Source: Andalucia godoyi And28 (Eukaryota > Protista > Jakobida). Taken from it: DNA of 64,000 bases. Below are positions 1 through 11,208 of the stretch, one piece after another. The notes under the pieces are model-generated. The model had not been told where the DNA came from, did no database searches, and saw nothing but the letters and a program-made list of their open reading frames with translations. Positions within the stretch are counted from its first letter, which is position 1. Every line of letters starts with the position of its first letter. The position numbers and the translations under genes were made by a program. The DNA lies in the NCBI GenBank assembly GCA_009859145.1, contig VRVR01000021.1, positions 195,507 through 259,506 on the forward strand. Reading direction: 5' to 3'.

Positions 1-140
1 GATTGGTTTTTCAGACTTCTTCTTTCGCGGAGAACATTCCTGAAATTTCGAGTTTTCCGTTCTTTGTTTTGTTTTTGTTCCACTTTGCAGTTTGGTACTC
101 GACACGCAGTACTCTGGAGGGCAGAAGACTGTGCATTCAA

Positions 141-1112
141 ATGTGGGCAGAGCTGGGGCTGACGGTAGCATCGATTCCGCTTGTACTTTTGGGAGCAGTC
201 TACTATTTTCAGGACCGAATTCTGTATCTTCCCCAGTTTCCACCGGGTTCCAGAGGTGTGCCGACAGTGACTCCGTTTGCAATAGCATCCTTGTATGAGG
301 ATGTGCACTTGACGACGGCAGATGGAGTCAGTCTTCACGGATGGCTAATGCCCAAGCCAAACTCACCCTTCGTGCTCGTGTACTTCCACGGCAACGCAGG
401 AAACATTGCAAATCGACTGGTGATATTCCGCGAAATGCTGCAAGAAATTGGCTGCTCCGTTCTTGCAATTGATTATCGAGGATATGGAGCGTCGGATGGC
501 GTCCCCAATGAAAAGGGGCTTCGGGAAGATGGACTTGCTGTCATGCAGTATCTGCAGTCTCATTCCGTCACGAAACACCAAGGAATCGTGCTTTACGGAC
601 AGTCTCTTGGAGGCGGGGTGGCGTCGTTCCTTGCAGATACCTATCGAAGCGATTCTGTGCTAAAGGGTGTTATCTTGGAAAATACATTCTTGTCGATTCC
701 AAAAATGGTCGGGGTTGTGTTTCCGTTGCTGAAGCCGGTTTCGTGGTTGGCCACAAACGTGTGGGACAACGAAAAACATGTCTCCTCGTTCACAGAGGAC
801 ACAGCGGGGTTCAGCATGCTGTTCCTTGCTGGCGAGAAAGATGAGATAGTGCCGCATGACCAGATGAAGAAGCTGTACAGAGCTTGTGCGCTTTCAGAAG
901 AAAATGGAAGAAAAACATGGGTATCGTTTCCTCGTGGAACACACAACGAAACGTGTTTGCTTCCAGGGTTCTATTCCAAGATTGCAGCATGGCTGAAGAC
1001 GCTTGCGCAGTCCCATTCTCAGGCAACTTTCCCCCCCGCTGGTTCATCGACCATCGGAAGACGCAATGTGCATGGCGAGGGTGTTGTTTCTGGAAACGTG
1101 GACGTTGATTGA
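141..1112 (+). CDS. ABHD13: alpha/beta hydrolase ABHD13/BEM46 family
   Basis: N-terminal TM anchor then YFQDRILYLP, YFHGNAGNI, IDYRGYGASDG, nucleophile elbow GQSLGG, ILENTFLSIP, GEKDEIVP, GTHNET. The ATG at 141 (MWAELG) is preferred over the TTG-started ORF at 3. Confidence 0.9.
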   Translation: MWAELGLTVASIPLVLLGAVYYFQDRILYLPQFPPGSRGVPTVTPFAIASLYEDVHLTTADGVSLHGWLMPKPNSPFVLVYFHGNAGNIANRLVIFREMLQEIGCSVLAIDYRGYGASDGVPNEKGLREDGLAVMQYLQSHSVTKHQGIVLYGQSLGGGVASFLADTYRSDSVLKGVILENTFLSIPKMVGVVFPLLKPVSWLATNVWDNEKHVSSFTEDTAGFSMLFLAGEKDEIVPHDQMKKLYRACALSEENGRKTWVSFPRGTHNETCLLPGFYSKIAAWLKTLAQSHSQATFPPAGSSTIGRRNVHGEGVVSGNVDVD

Positions 1113-1278
1113 TCGCTTGTGTCATGTATCTTTGTTGATGTATATTCATTTTTCAATAAAGAAAAGAACTGCATGTACAATGCGCAATGGGCAACGGGCA
1201 CAAAGAAGAGCAGGCTACGCCGTTGGGGAGCACGAAGGAGCACGCTTGGCATGCAGATCATCTTTTTTTTATTAATTA

Positions 1279-1878
1279 TTACTCGGCATGCGAATGACCG
1301 TTCGCGACGATTGTCTCTGGAATACGGGGCTCAGACGGTTGGTGATTCCGGGGCTGCAACAAGTGCTGGTACCTTGTCTTCAGCTCATAGTGCTCCACCT
1401 GTGCCTTGACAAAACCGCCAACACAAAGAGCAGCCATGACGATGGTCGTGCTCAGCGCTAGCGCCATGACAGCAATGAACATGATTCTGACTGATGGATC
1501 TTGCTCCTGATCGCTGTCATCATCACCGGAATTGCTTGATGTGGCACCAAACGTTTCGATTTTTTTGTGCATTCGGTTGTCAATCTCGTCAAGTTCTGGA
1601 TGAGTTGCAGGGTGGCCCATTGTTTGTTGTCGAAAATATTCCAGTATCGCAGACAGCCACATTCCGCCCGTTTCCTGGAGCTTGATCGACACACTGTTGG
1701 TAGTTTCTGTCGCATAGTACCGAAAGCTTCTTCGTAGATCGGGTGCCATCATCACCCCCATCACCGCAATGATCACAAGAAACAACACAATCGACCGCTG
1801 CCGAATCTGCTTGCTGTGCGTTCGCACATACACCCGATGGTACTCCTCGGGATGCCGATGCGGAATAGAACTAAACAT
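1279..1878 (-). CDS. hypothetical membrane protein with two hydrophobic segments
   Basis: 199-aa ORF with hydrophobic stretches IVLFLVIIAVMGVMMA and IMFIAVMALALSTTIVMAALCVGGFV. A strong donor-like AG|GTAAGT just upstream (1888) leaves the 5' structure uncertain. Confidence 0.6.
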   Translation of the reverse strand: MFSSIPHRHPEEYHRVYVRTHSKQIRQRSIVLFLVIIAVMGVMMAPDLRRSFRYYATETTNSVSIKLQETGGMWLSAILEYFRQQTMGHPATHPELDEIDNRMHKKIETFGATSSNSGDDDSDQEQDPSVRIMFIAVMALALSTTIVMAALCVGGFVKAQVEHYELKTRYQHLLQPRNHQPSEPRIPETIVANGHSHAE

Positions 1879-2308
1879 TTATACTTACCTTAGCAGCCGT
1901 GCTTTCTAACTCCCTTTTTTTGTTTTGTTGTTGATGCATTCCACCTTCAAACACTCGGGGTGAAGTAAGACGTTTCCTTAAAAGCCGCCCCCCTCTTCTC
2001 ATATGTTTCGTGATACAAAAAAAAAATATGTACTCCGTATATAAAACCGCAATGAAAACATACAACCATAGGACAAAACACACTTCCACCTCGACGCACT
2101 TGACTTCCTCTGCGTCACGTGCAGAAGTCCCCCCAAACGTGCACACCGTCTGGCCCACCGCTCACTGTACGGTTGTGCATCGCTTGATTCTGAGGAGGGG
2201 TTTTTGGCGCCTCTTTCGCCGACTTTTTGCAGATCAGGTGCTCGCAGAAGAATATCGTTTCTGGACTGGAGACGCAGAAAAACAGACAAAGACAGAGAGG
2301 GAAAGAGG

Positions 2309-4832
2309 GATGAGAAAAGTGTCAGGGGATGAATCACAGACGAGCGCAAGAAGGTTGTTGTTGGATGACGCAGACTCTCTGGCGTTCCTGTACAGAACGT
2401 GTCCGGACCTATTCGAGTATCATGTGTTTCTGTTCAGCGATGTTGTTTATTCGTATGATCCATCGGCGCCGCGGTTGCGACGAGATGAGAACCTCCGGGT
2501 GCTTTTGGATGGAAGACATGTTCTTGTAATGCATCCTCCATCCGAGGATTACGACGCTCCGTTTCTGACGTTCTTTGGAACCAGTTCTGTGATCGACAGC
2601 TACAAGTATTGGACAGCACGAGCCACGGCATATCCGGGATTGAATACGCAGTCATCCGAGCTTTTTGCTTCGCTGTCTTTCCAAGCTGGGCGATGTGGGT
2701 ACTGGAATATCGATAAGCTGATGGAGCCTCCGTCGAAAGCAGTCTCAAATTCGTTCGTGCGGTTTGCGAGAGTCCAGTCTGCGTTCATTCTGCGGGAATT
2801 TCTGCATTACTTCAGAGGGCTCGATTTCAATGCTCGAGACGCATTCTTCAAATTCTCGGAGCGGCTTCCCGCACAAGAAATCAAGCAGTTTGATTTTCAA
2901 GATTTGGTAGAACGGACAAGGAAAAACGATCTTGCTCCAACTCCACCACTTATGGTTTCCGATGCAATCGTCACCGAAGTCGCCAGGCAGGAAGCTCATC
3001 GGCAGCAGCTGGATCAGCTGGATCAGCTGGCGAAGGATCAGCAACAGAACGGAATTGCAAACACAAGCCATCCCGTACCACCACCCGCGGATGCTGCCGT
3101 CTTGTCTGCACAGCTGTCGCCTCAAACGTCGCCCCAACGGTCGCCTCGCCGATCTCCTCCGCAGGCACGACCTGTGAATTTCATTGAAGCACGTTCTAGT
3201 CTTGTCAGTGCACCGTCACTGAGGCGGTTGGTTGCGGCGCCATTGGGGTCGTCCGCTGTTTCTCAGACACGGATTCAGGAAGTAGAGGCAATTCACGGAG
3301 CGCTGCAGGTTTTGATCGCGTATGATGAGAACGATCACATGTTGCCGTGGTACGTGGATCCGTTGGGCGAACAGCCTCCTTCACCCTCACGGAAACAGAA
3401 GCTGTTCGAAGTTTTTGCAACTTGTGGACTTCTGGACATTCTATGGAGATGCGAAAACTTTCAGTCCTTTTTCGACCTATTGTCAAGATATCTCGAATTG
3501 CGAGATTTGGACATGTTAGTCGGGTATCTTACGTCTTGCAAAAACGGTCTTGTTTTTCCTTGGCACTTTAACCATCTAATGTCTGCTATCGTCGCGAAAG
3601 CGCTGCTTTGCAAATACGATCGCAAGGTGGAGCGGGGCAAGCGCCCTGCGATGGATAAGGATGTGCCACGTTTGCACCCCTTTGTATCCCAGAATTGGCG
3701 GTTCCTTGTGCTTTCCAAGTTCAAATTTGCCGAGTTGTGCCTCCTGACGGAAAAGGGAGCAGAGGCAGCAAAGTTGTTGGCCGACAAGGATGTTCAGGTT
3801 GTCTCCTTCCATGTTCGCAAGCTTTTGAAGCAATTGTCCAGCTCTTTCCGCAGCGTTATGAAGTCCGCTTCAAAATTGCCCATTGTACATATGGTGGATC
3901 AAGCCCAGACGTGTTATCGCGGCGTTATTCCAGTGTTCTGTTTTGATGTGGAGGGATTCAAGGAGTACGTGAATGCAACGCGGACATGGATCCTCGTATC
4001 TGCTTTTGCTCATGGATTCAGCTGTGGGACACAAGCCACTCGGTGCGCAGAGCAGCTGATTGTTGATGGTGTCCTGTTCGAACCGGATCCATCGGCGGAT
4101 GATGAGCCACCCGCAAAGCTCCGTCGATCATCATCTGCCGACGAGGGCAGTGATGCCAAGATTTTATCCAGACCATCGATTCCTTTTCCGCTTCTCAATA
4201 GCGATGATCATGGGTATGTCCACATGTGCATTTGGAAGAACGTTTCAAGCCTCCAGATGGAGGCGCAAGCCAACTGGGAGTCGTTTTTCAGCTCGCATTC
4301 ACGATCATCATTGAATCTTCTTCCCTACACGTATCTCGTCTTTGTCCCAGCCTCCAAGGCATTTCGAAAGTCTCTGAAAAATCTGCTTCCAGAATCCCTT
4401 CTTCTAATCTGCGCAGATTATGAAGAAAACGTGGCCGCTGGGGGACGAGAGTACCTTGAGCTTCGTGAATGTGTGGTTGCGATGCAGTATCCATTTGCCA
4501 AGAAGGCGACAGTGGATCTGACGGACGAAGCGAACGGCAATGATTCTCGAATTGCAGATATTCAGGCCTTTGCGCAATCCACACAAAGTCGTAGTCGTCC
4601 TACTGTTCTTCGTGTCATGATGTTGTTCCGCCTTGGAGGGCTACGAATCGCTCCGACGTGCATCCCGTCTCTGAAGGACTGTGTGAACAAGCTCAATCCG
4701 TACGTGATGCCTTCTCTTCGCCGGAGCCTTCGCGACATTGCTGTTTCGCTTTTGGGGATCGATGACGATCAAGAACGCGAGCGCATGCTGAAAGAGTACT
4801 GCGAGGGCATATTTACTGTAGAGGATTCGTAA
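2309..4832 (+). CDS. large hypothetical protein (~840 aa)
   Basis: Long ORF (2010..4832) with globular-looking composition. The start is tentatively placed at MRKVSGD after the GA-rich leader. No family recognised. Confidence 0.75.
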
Positions 4833-5520
4833 GAATTACCACTGTTATTAAGGGGATTTTTGTTAATTTAAAGTTTACAGCCAACCGCAGTGATGTGAGA
4901 TGATGCTTTTTTTGGTTAGAAAGCCGCCTATTTTGGAATGAACTGCCGCTACGGTTGGCGAAAATAAAAAAGTTGGCGCGCACACCGTTTGGACGAAGGA
5001 TTTCTGTGTGCTGAATGGTTTACGAAATAAAAAACGATCTCCAGATGAAACTGCAAACAATCTTAAAACACGCCTACTTATGAAGCGCACGGAAAACTTG
5101 GAAATGGAAAGCCAGGACCCTACATCACTGAGAGAAAACGACAGCGGGGCCGCAGCAGGGCCGACCACGAACATTGCAAGACAGGAAATAGCTCCTTCGA
5201 ATCATGATTCCATATTTTGACTACAGCGTGCAGGAATGCATGCCGTGATCCTACGTGGCACCTTCGAAAAAATCTGCAAGAAAACATCAAATGAAAACAC
5301 TTTTCGAGTGCGTTCATTCGCGTGAGCGGTGTTGTGCCCGGATTTATTCAACAGTACAGCTGCCCCAGCTGCGGCAGTTCATTCCAGAAAAGACGTCTTT
5401 CTAACCAAAAAAAACATCATCTCACATCACTGCAGTTGGTTGTAATTAACTAAAAAGAAAATATTCGTACTTGCTTGAATCTTGCACTGGCTGGACATGC
5501 GGGCGAGGTTACAGGCTTTT

Positions 5521-6242
5521 TTACAGCTTCCAGGCGCTTCGGACCATTTCCTCAAAGTAGTCATCCGTATCGATCGAAGCACTGATGTCTGCATAGTAGT
5601 CAAGCCACTCGTCCTGCGAGATCTTCCCATCCTTGTTCCCCTTGGTTCCTTCAAAGGTCTGGAGGAATCCATCAAGGACCTGCCTTTCGGTGAGTTCTCC
5701 AGCACGAACCTTCGGATGGTTCTTCGCATTGTACACTCCGGAAATGTCATTAAACGAGATTTCTCCAGAACCATCCTTGTCAAACTTTGCAAAAGCAAGC
5801 AATGCAACCTTTTTGCGCGCTTCATTCAAGTCTCCACGCACTGCCCGAAGGAACTCATCGAGATTGAGAGTTCCAGACCCATCGCGGTCAAACGAGCTAA
5901 TTAGCGTCGCAGCCTCTGCTTTCGACACCTTCACTCCATAGTCAGAAAGCCCGCTCGAAATCTCCTCTGCATCAAGCTGATCATTTTGTTTAGTATTCAA
6001 GCTTACATCAAAATCCATCTCAAAAGAAATATTCAAAAAACAACAACAACAAACAAACAAAAAAAAAAACACATTCAAACACACCAAGAAAATGCGGGAG
6101 GATGAAAGAGAGAACGGAAGAAACGTACTTGGCGGTTTCGATTGTTGTCGAGATTACGAAGAACCGAGGCAAGTCCGCGCTGGGACATGCTTCCGCGGGA
6201 CTTCAAGCCACTGCGAATACGGTCAAGGATAGCTTCTGCCAT
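5521..6242 (-). CDS. CAPS: calcyphosin-like EF-hand protein, 2 exons (6242-6129, 5976-5521)
   Basis: Exon 1 MAEAILDRIRSGLKSRG...LDNNRNRQ joins LDAEEISSGL in phase 0 through a 152-nt GTACGT...TACTAAAC...TCAG intron (5977-6128). EF-hands FDRDGSGTLNLDEF and FDKDGSGEISFND, then DGKISQDEWLDYYADISASIDTDDYFEEMVRSAWKL. Confidence 0.88.
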
Positions 6243-6715
6243 CTGTGAAAATAATAATAATAATAACGAATCAGCTCGATCTCTCGATAAGGAAGGAAGA
6301 AAGAAGAAAAGAAACGGCAAACTGAAAGTAAATCCAAGAGAAGAAAACTGCTCCTTAGACATGTCATGGGTCTCAGGTTTGGGGAGACCCAAGTGGGTCT
6401 GGGTCTTTGGAATGGCCTTGTCGGGTCAGACGCCGGGTCTGCGGCGAAATGTGATTACGACAGCTACAGTATATAGCAAAAGTCTTCTGTCGGTAAGACG
6501 TTGTTTGACGGCTCGGTTGCGTGTCACGCAGTGAAAACCAGAATATTTGTTTATTTTCTTGGAGAAGTGATTTTGCTCTTCTTATGGGTTAAAAGGAGGG
6601 CATCAGATTCCATTCTGATCGTCGTTGGTGCTGGCTTTGCACATCGAGACAGTCGAATCGTCTGTTTTGTCATTCAAAAATTGTGAGTCATCATTCTCAT
6701 GATGGCCACCTTCGG

Positions 6716-7186
6716 TCACCCATTCGCGCACGAGTCGCCTTCGTGGCAGAGCGCGGTGCACCGACGGTTGTTCTTGATGCATGGACAGTGTGAGCTGGAG
6801 CATTTCTTTTTCGCTCTCCTACAGTTACAGAAGCGCGGTCCGTCGTTTGACAATATTGGCTCGATACCCGTTGAATGCTTCATCCCAGCTTCGGAGACGG
6901 ATATCGTTTCCACTGTCTCTTGGCTTTGGTATTTTTGGAACATGGCTCGGAGTTGCGCATCTTGGTTTGTTGTTCCTTTGGGAGCAAGTGCCACGAGAGC
7001 AGAAGACTTCATCGCGGGCTCAACTAGCTTTCCTTCAAAGAGGACCTTGTATGAATCCATCGGCTTTCCTGTTCTTCGGTTGCGCATCCGCTCTGCGACA
7101 ACTCCAGGCTGTCTCACTGTCTTCGAAAGCAGATCATGATCGCGACACGGTACTGTGGATGAGCTTGGTGCACAGCGCTCAGTCAT
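6716..7186 (-). CDS. small protein with C-terminal Cys/His cluster resembling the C-terminus of Ginger/KRBA2-type integrases (no DDE core seen)
   Basis: ISVSEAG...FCNCRRAKKKCSSSHCPCIKNNRRCTALCHEGDSCANG pattern, preceded by VPCRDHD..PGVVAE..YKV. The start at MTERC is tentative. Confidence 0.5.
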   Translation of the reverse strand: MTERCAPSSSTVPCRDHDLLSKTVRQPGVVAERMRNRRTGKPMDSYKVLFEGKLVEPAMKSSALVALAPKGTTNQDAQLRAMFQKYQSQETVETISVSEAGMKHSTGIEPILSNDGPRFCNCRRAKKKCSSSHCPCIKNNRRCTALCHEGDSCANG

Positions 7187-7947
7187 GTTGAGTAGGTGTC
7201 GGATCGAAAGCAAGAAGAAATTGCAAAGGACCAATTGTTGACTTCTTTTCGCAAGCATCGCATTCAAAGGTGAATGTGATGTTGACAGTGGAAAACCCGG
7301 GACCTCCCTAGCCCTGGTCTATCACCGCCGCCATCGAGGATTGCAGCAGACACGTCGTAGAAATCCAAATTCTGTCTACCCAATCTCTGAAAACACATCA
7401 GGACAGGAACAGAAGTAAAAAGAAAACGGCAAGTGCAAAACACCACAGCAGCAAACGGGTCCGCAAGACAATTGCCTGGATGTGGAGATGACGGTTTCAT
7501 TGCACAAGTGCTTCTGGCTGCACAGTTTCTCGATATGGGTAGAGCGGGAACGGAATCAGTGCTGCTGGACATCAGCGAGCTCGTTTCTGTGCTCTGAGCA
7601 CAACGGCTGCGCAAAACGGAAGACTTGTGCAGAATCAGCAGGATGCCTGCCAAGCGTGTATCCAATGCACAATCTTGCTTCTGAGAGCAGTCCGTCGATG
7701 CAGGCGCATGCCGATGCACTAAATACATGAACAGCACAGAGAAAAACAGAAATGAATGATGGTTTTATGACCTAATTAATCAAAAAACACAACTCTGCAG
7801 GGAGGCAGCCAAAAGCGACGATTTTTGAGATACAAAGAGATATTGTTGTGGACGATGCATATACTCGAAATCGCATCTTGGTATTGAGTTGGAACAGAGA
7901 CATAACAGAAATGCGCAGCCATGCGAATCGACTTTGGACGGCTCAAA

Positions 7948-8038
7948 CAAACGTGCTCGTGTCGGCCAGTATTGACCGTGTCTGTTTCTTCTGTATACTT
8001 CCGTATGCATGACAATGACGTGTTATTATTCAGCGGTT
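7948..8038 (-). repeat. dispersed repeat family R2, copy 1
   Basis: The reverse complement aligns over ~90 bp with 46702-46791 (about 6 mismatches and 3 short indels by eye). Confidence 0.9.
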
Positions 8039-8199
8039 GAATTTTTGGATTCTTGACTTCAGAGAGGTCATTCAGAAGTCAGAAGTCAGAACTTTCTTTG
8101 GTCCAAATGCAACGTGCTGCTGACGGATCACGGATCACGGAAGATGACATGCAAACTACAGAAGTCGATGAATTGCATTCGATTTACCAGTATCACGAC

Positions 8200-11100
8200 T
8201 CAGGAAGACTTCAAGCCGTGCGCAATGATGACGGATACATCATCAAATCGGCGAGAGGTCTTGTTAAAGTTCCGTTCGCAGAGAAAATGTGCAAAAGTTT
8301 CGAGCAGACCGACGCGTTCTTCCGGGGTCCTCTTTGCAAGCTGGAACAGTCCATGGTCCTTTGATTTGTTGAGAACGTACATGTTCTCTTGATCAACACT
8401 GTGCTTGGAGGTTTTTTCGATGGATGGGAGATATGCCCATAATCCGTCTGAAGCAATGACCATCAGAAACTCACGAATTTCCCGGCCCCGTCGCAGAGAT
8501 CGAAGCTCGTTCTTCGGCAACTTTGCAAGCATCTCGAGCAACACACGATCCTCTTCTTTGATTTCTGTTTGTGCAGACTGAGTGGGTGCTTCATCCACCA
8601 CTTCAACGGCGTCACTCTCTGGTGGGCCAGACTCCCTGCACAGAGCTTCCTCGGATGCATCGGCAGCTTCAACCGCACTCGAGGCAGAAACGGTCGAGGA
8701 AGCAGAAGAGGACGGGGAGAAGGAAGGTGAGTCATGCCGGATGTCCGTGTGGAGCAAGTCCAAGTCTCCAGAACCGTCTGTTTTGGAGGGGGTCTCGGCA
8801 TCCTCAGCAGCGCACGATATGCCCTCCGTCCCAACGGATAGTGACGGTGGAGTCTGAAGTTTGGAAAAGAGCATTTCTGCAGCAGCGGAATCTGCAGTGT
8901 ACGACTTGTCACCGAATACCCGGGCTTCTCCGCAACGAAGGACGCCCACTACACCAATATCCGGCTCAGCCAGCATCATCCTTCTGTTCGGAAGGAGCTT
9001 AAACAGGAAATCACCGAATGAGCGAGCAACGGAAAGACGTTTGGTAGGATCCAAGTGCAGACTCTCTGCAGCCTGACGATACTCGCTGTCGGAGCTCTTG
9101 ACCGAAATCCCGCAGTCCCGGAACGCAAAACGCTCATGCGTCTCCAGCGTCGCGCGTTCCGCAAAAGGAACGTCCAAGATGCGGTCATTATGCGCAAGCA
9201 AGACGTCCTCGTACTCCTTGGGCTTCAGTGACTTTTTTGTGCCCGTAGAATGCGTCACAAACTGTCCATTCGCCCAGAAAGCATTTTCGAAACAGTCTGC
9301 CCGACCCCAGTAGTGATCATGAGTTGCATGGACCACCTCGGCGTCCGTCAGGACCACCAAACGAGAATCGCCAACATGCAGTGTTAGAATAAGCGAACCG
9401 ACGACGAGGGCCATGCAAAACGTCGAACCGTCGTCCTGCAAGTGAGGCTTTCCTTGACGCATGAACAACTTCCGCGAGCCAAACGACATGTGGGTCAGCA
9501 TGCCGCTTCCACCTGGATTTCCATTGAGACTCACGACGGACGCTTCTTCCGACACGCCCAGATCCGAAGACACTGGAGTGCTAGATGCGTTGCCATTTCC
9601 GCCGTTCCCGCAACGAAGACTCTCGCAGATTCTTCTGGTTTCGGAAATATAGTCGTTGTCAACCGTCTCAAGCGCGGCACATATCCTGCTTTTGACAGCC
9701 TCTGTTGCTTTTTCGCAGGCTTGGGCGAGTTCTTCGGTGGCCAACCCTTCCTTTGAAGATCCACAGTCCATTAAAAGATAATCGCACGGATGCTGCAGCA
9801 CATCTTGCTGAATAATGCCGGGGATGCGTCGCATTATGAAGTCTGCGCACGTTGAACCACCATGGCCATCGGCGACCGCAAGAATCGTTCCTACAGCCCC
9901 AGGTCCCTCTGAACTGTCCCATAAAATCTTTGCTACTGCCATCCTGTCTTCCATTGACTGCTTTTTCCGAGTGTCGCTGATCTGCCGAGTTCCGTCCACG
10001 TCATACCCAACCTTGTTCTTTGATGCTGCTGAAATGCGCAGAGATTCATGACGCTTCACAAGCTGTCGAAGTGCAGAAAAGTCCGACAGATCGGATATGT
10101 TCTCAGCACTCGATACGTCCTCACTGCTGCCAAATCCAGAGGCCACCTCAGCCCATTCCAATGCCGACACCGCAATCGATCTCTCCGCATCCAAAAATCC
10201 AAACTCACTAGGAAGCTCGCCGTCCAGAATAGCAGTCAGTCGTCCGAACTTTTCAAGAGAGATTGCGACAGCATCAGCACCACCGACACCATCATTATTA
10301 TCACCATCATCATTGGCCTCATCTTCATCAAACTTAGCAGTGTCTATTGTTCGTTTCCGGGAGGCCTTCTTGGCGTTCCTCAAAGCAGCTTTTCTTTTAG
10401 GAACCGATTTTTTCGATTTGCTAGCCGCTTTGGAAGCAGCTGGCAAGCTCAATGAAAATTCCAAATTCCAGTCCGCGTGCCACGCATTGCCGATCTCATT
10501 TCGTCTCCTCTTGCTCTTGCGACTGACCTCTGACCGATTCCATACATTTGTCAGCAGATACGTCATGTAAACAGGACTTTGTGCCACAATCGCCGCTACA
10601 TCTCTGGCCTTCATTGCTGATTTTGCGATTCGTTTCTTGCAACCGGAAACAATGGAAACGCTTCTTGCAGCTCCAGATCCAACCGCCGAAAACAGATCTC
10701 GGAGAGAAACATACTCCAGAGACTCTTCATCTTGATCTCTTTCACTTGCTCCTTTCTCTTGGTTTTGTTGTTGTCGTCGCCGCGGAAGGACATGTGCAAG
10801 AGCGATGAAAAAAACATTTTCCAAAACCGAAATGTTGGATACTGGAATGTCCCAGGACATCATCCAATCATGAATCGACGCAAACACGGTATTCGAATCC
10901 AGATCCACAACCAATGGTGCGCCGCTCTCAAAGTGATAGAAACACATCGATATCGGTCGGTACGTATGAGCCAGATCAGACGGCAATAGCACAGTCGACA
11001 ACGACTGGTAGTACGCCGCCGCCGAAGAAGAAGAAGATGATGATGAGAGTTTTGAAGCCGGCTTGCGCTTTGGAAGAATTCGCGGAATTCGAGGCCCAAA

Positions 11101-11208
11101 AAGCAGCATTTGGGTAGAAAACAGCTCGTGAAAATGGATCGAGAGGCACTGCAGGATCGGGGGCCGAGCGTACGTGGCTGATTTCGAAGCCCTTTGGTTC
11201 GACTTCAT
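8200..11208 (-). CDS. PP2C/PPM-family protein phosphatase with long N-terminal extension
   Basis: AVADGHGG, DDGST, LHVGDSRLV, THDH, LSVARSFGDFLFK, EPDI, IASDGLW, DDVSVII. The start is placed at MKSNQR (11208). Confidence 0.9.
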   Translation of the reverse strand: MKSNQRASKSATYARPPILQCLSIHFHELFSTQMLLFGPRIPRILPKRKPASKLSSSSSSSSAAAYYQSLSTVLLPSDLAHTYRPISMCFYHFESGAPLVVDLDSNTVFASIHDWMMSWDIPVSNISVLENVFFIALAHVLPRRRQQQNQEKGASERDQDEESLEYVSLRDLFSAVGSGAARSVSIVSGCKKRIAKSAMKARDVAAIVAQSPVYMTYLLTNVWNRSEVSRKSKRRRNEIGNAWHADWNLEFSLSLPAASKAASKSKKSVPKRKAALRNAKKASRKRTIDTAKFDEDEANDDGDNNDGVGGADAVAISLEKFGRLTAILDGELPSEFGFLDAERSIAVSALEWAEVASGFGSSEDVSSAENISDLSDFSALRQLVKRHESLRISAASKNKVGYDVDGTRQISDTRKKQSMEDRMAVAKILWDSSEGPGAVGTILAVADGHGGSTCADFIMRRIPGIIQQDVLQHPCDYLLMDCGSSKEGLATEELAQACEKATEAVKSRICAALETVDNDYISETRRICESLRCGNGGNGNASSTPVSSDLGVSEEASVVSLNGNPGGSGMLTHMSFGSRKLFMRQGKPHLQDDGSTFCMALVVGSLILTLHVGDSRLVVLTDAEVVHATHDHYWGRADCFENAFWANGQFVTHSTGTKKSLKPKEYEDVLLAHNDRILDVPFAERATLETHERFAFRDCGISVKSSDSEYRQAAESLHLDPTKRLSVARSFGDFLFKLLPNRRMMLAEPDIGVVGVLRCGEARVFGDKSYTADSAAAEMLFSKLQTPPSLSVGTEGISCAAEDAETPSKTDGSGDLDLLHTDIRHDSPSFSPSSSASSTVSASSAVEAADASEEALCRESGPPESDAVEVVDEAPTQSAQTEIKEEDRVLLEMLAKLPKNELRSLRRGREIREFLMVIASDGLWAYLPSIEKTSKHSVDQENMYVLNKSKDHGLFQLAKRTPEERVGLLETFAHFLCERNFNKTSRRFDDVSVIIAHGLKSS

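Noticed and set aside
1881-1890. ATACTTACCT, identical to the U1 snRNA 5' end
   Set aside because: The downstream sequence has no U1 stem-loops or Sm site. It is better read as a minus-strand AG|GTAAGTAT donor-like site.
8053-8364. 103-aa plus-strand ORF
   Set aside because: It overlaps the PP2C 3' end antisense, has a TTG start and shows no motif.
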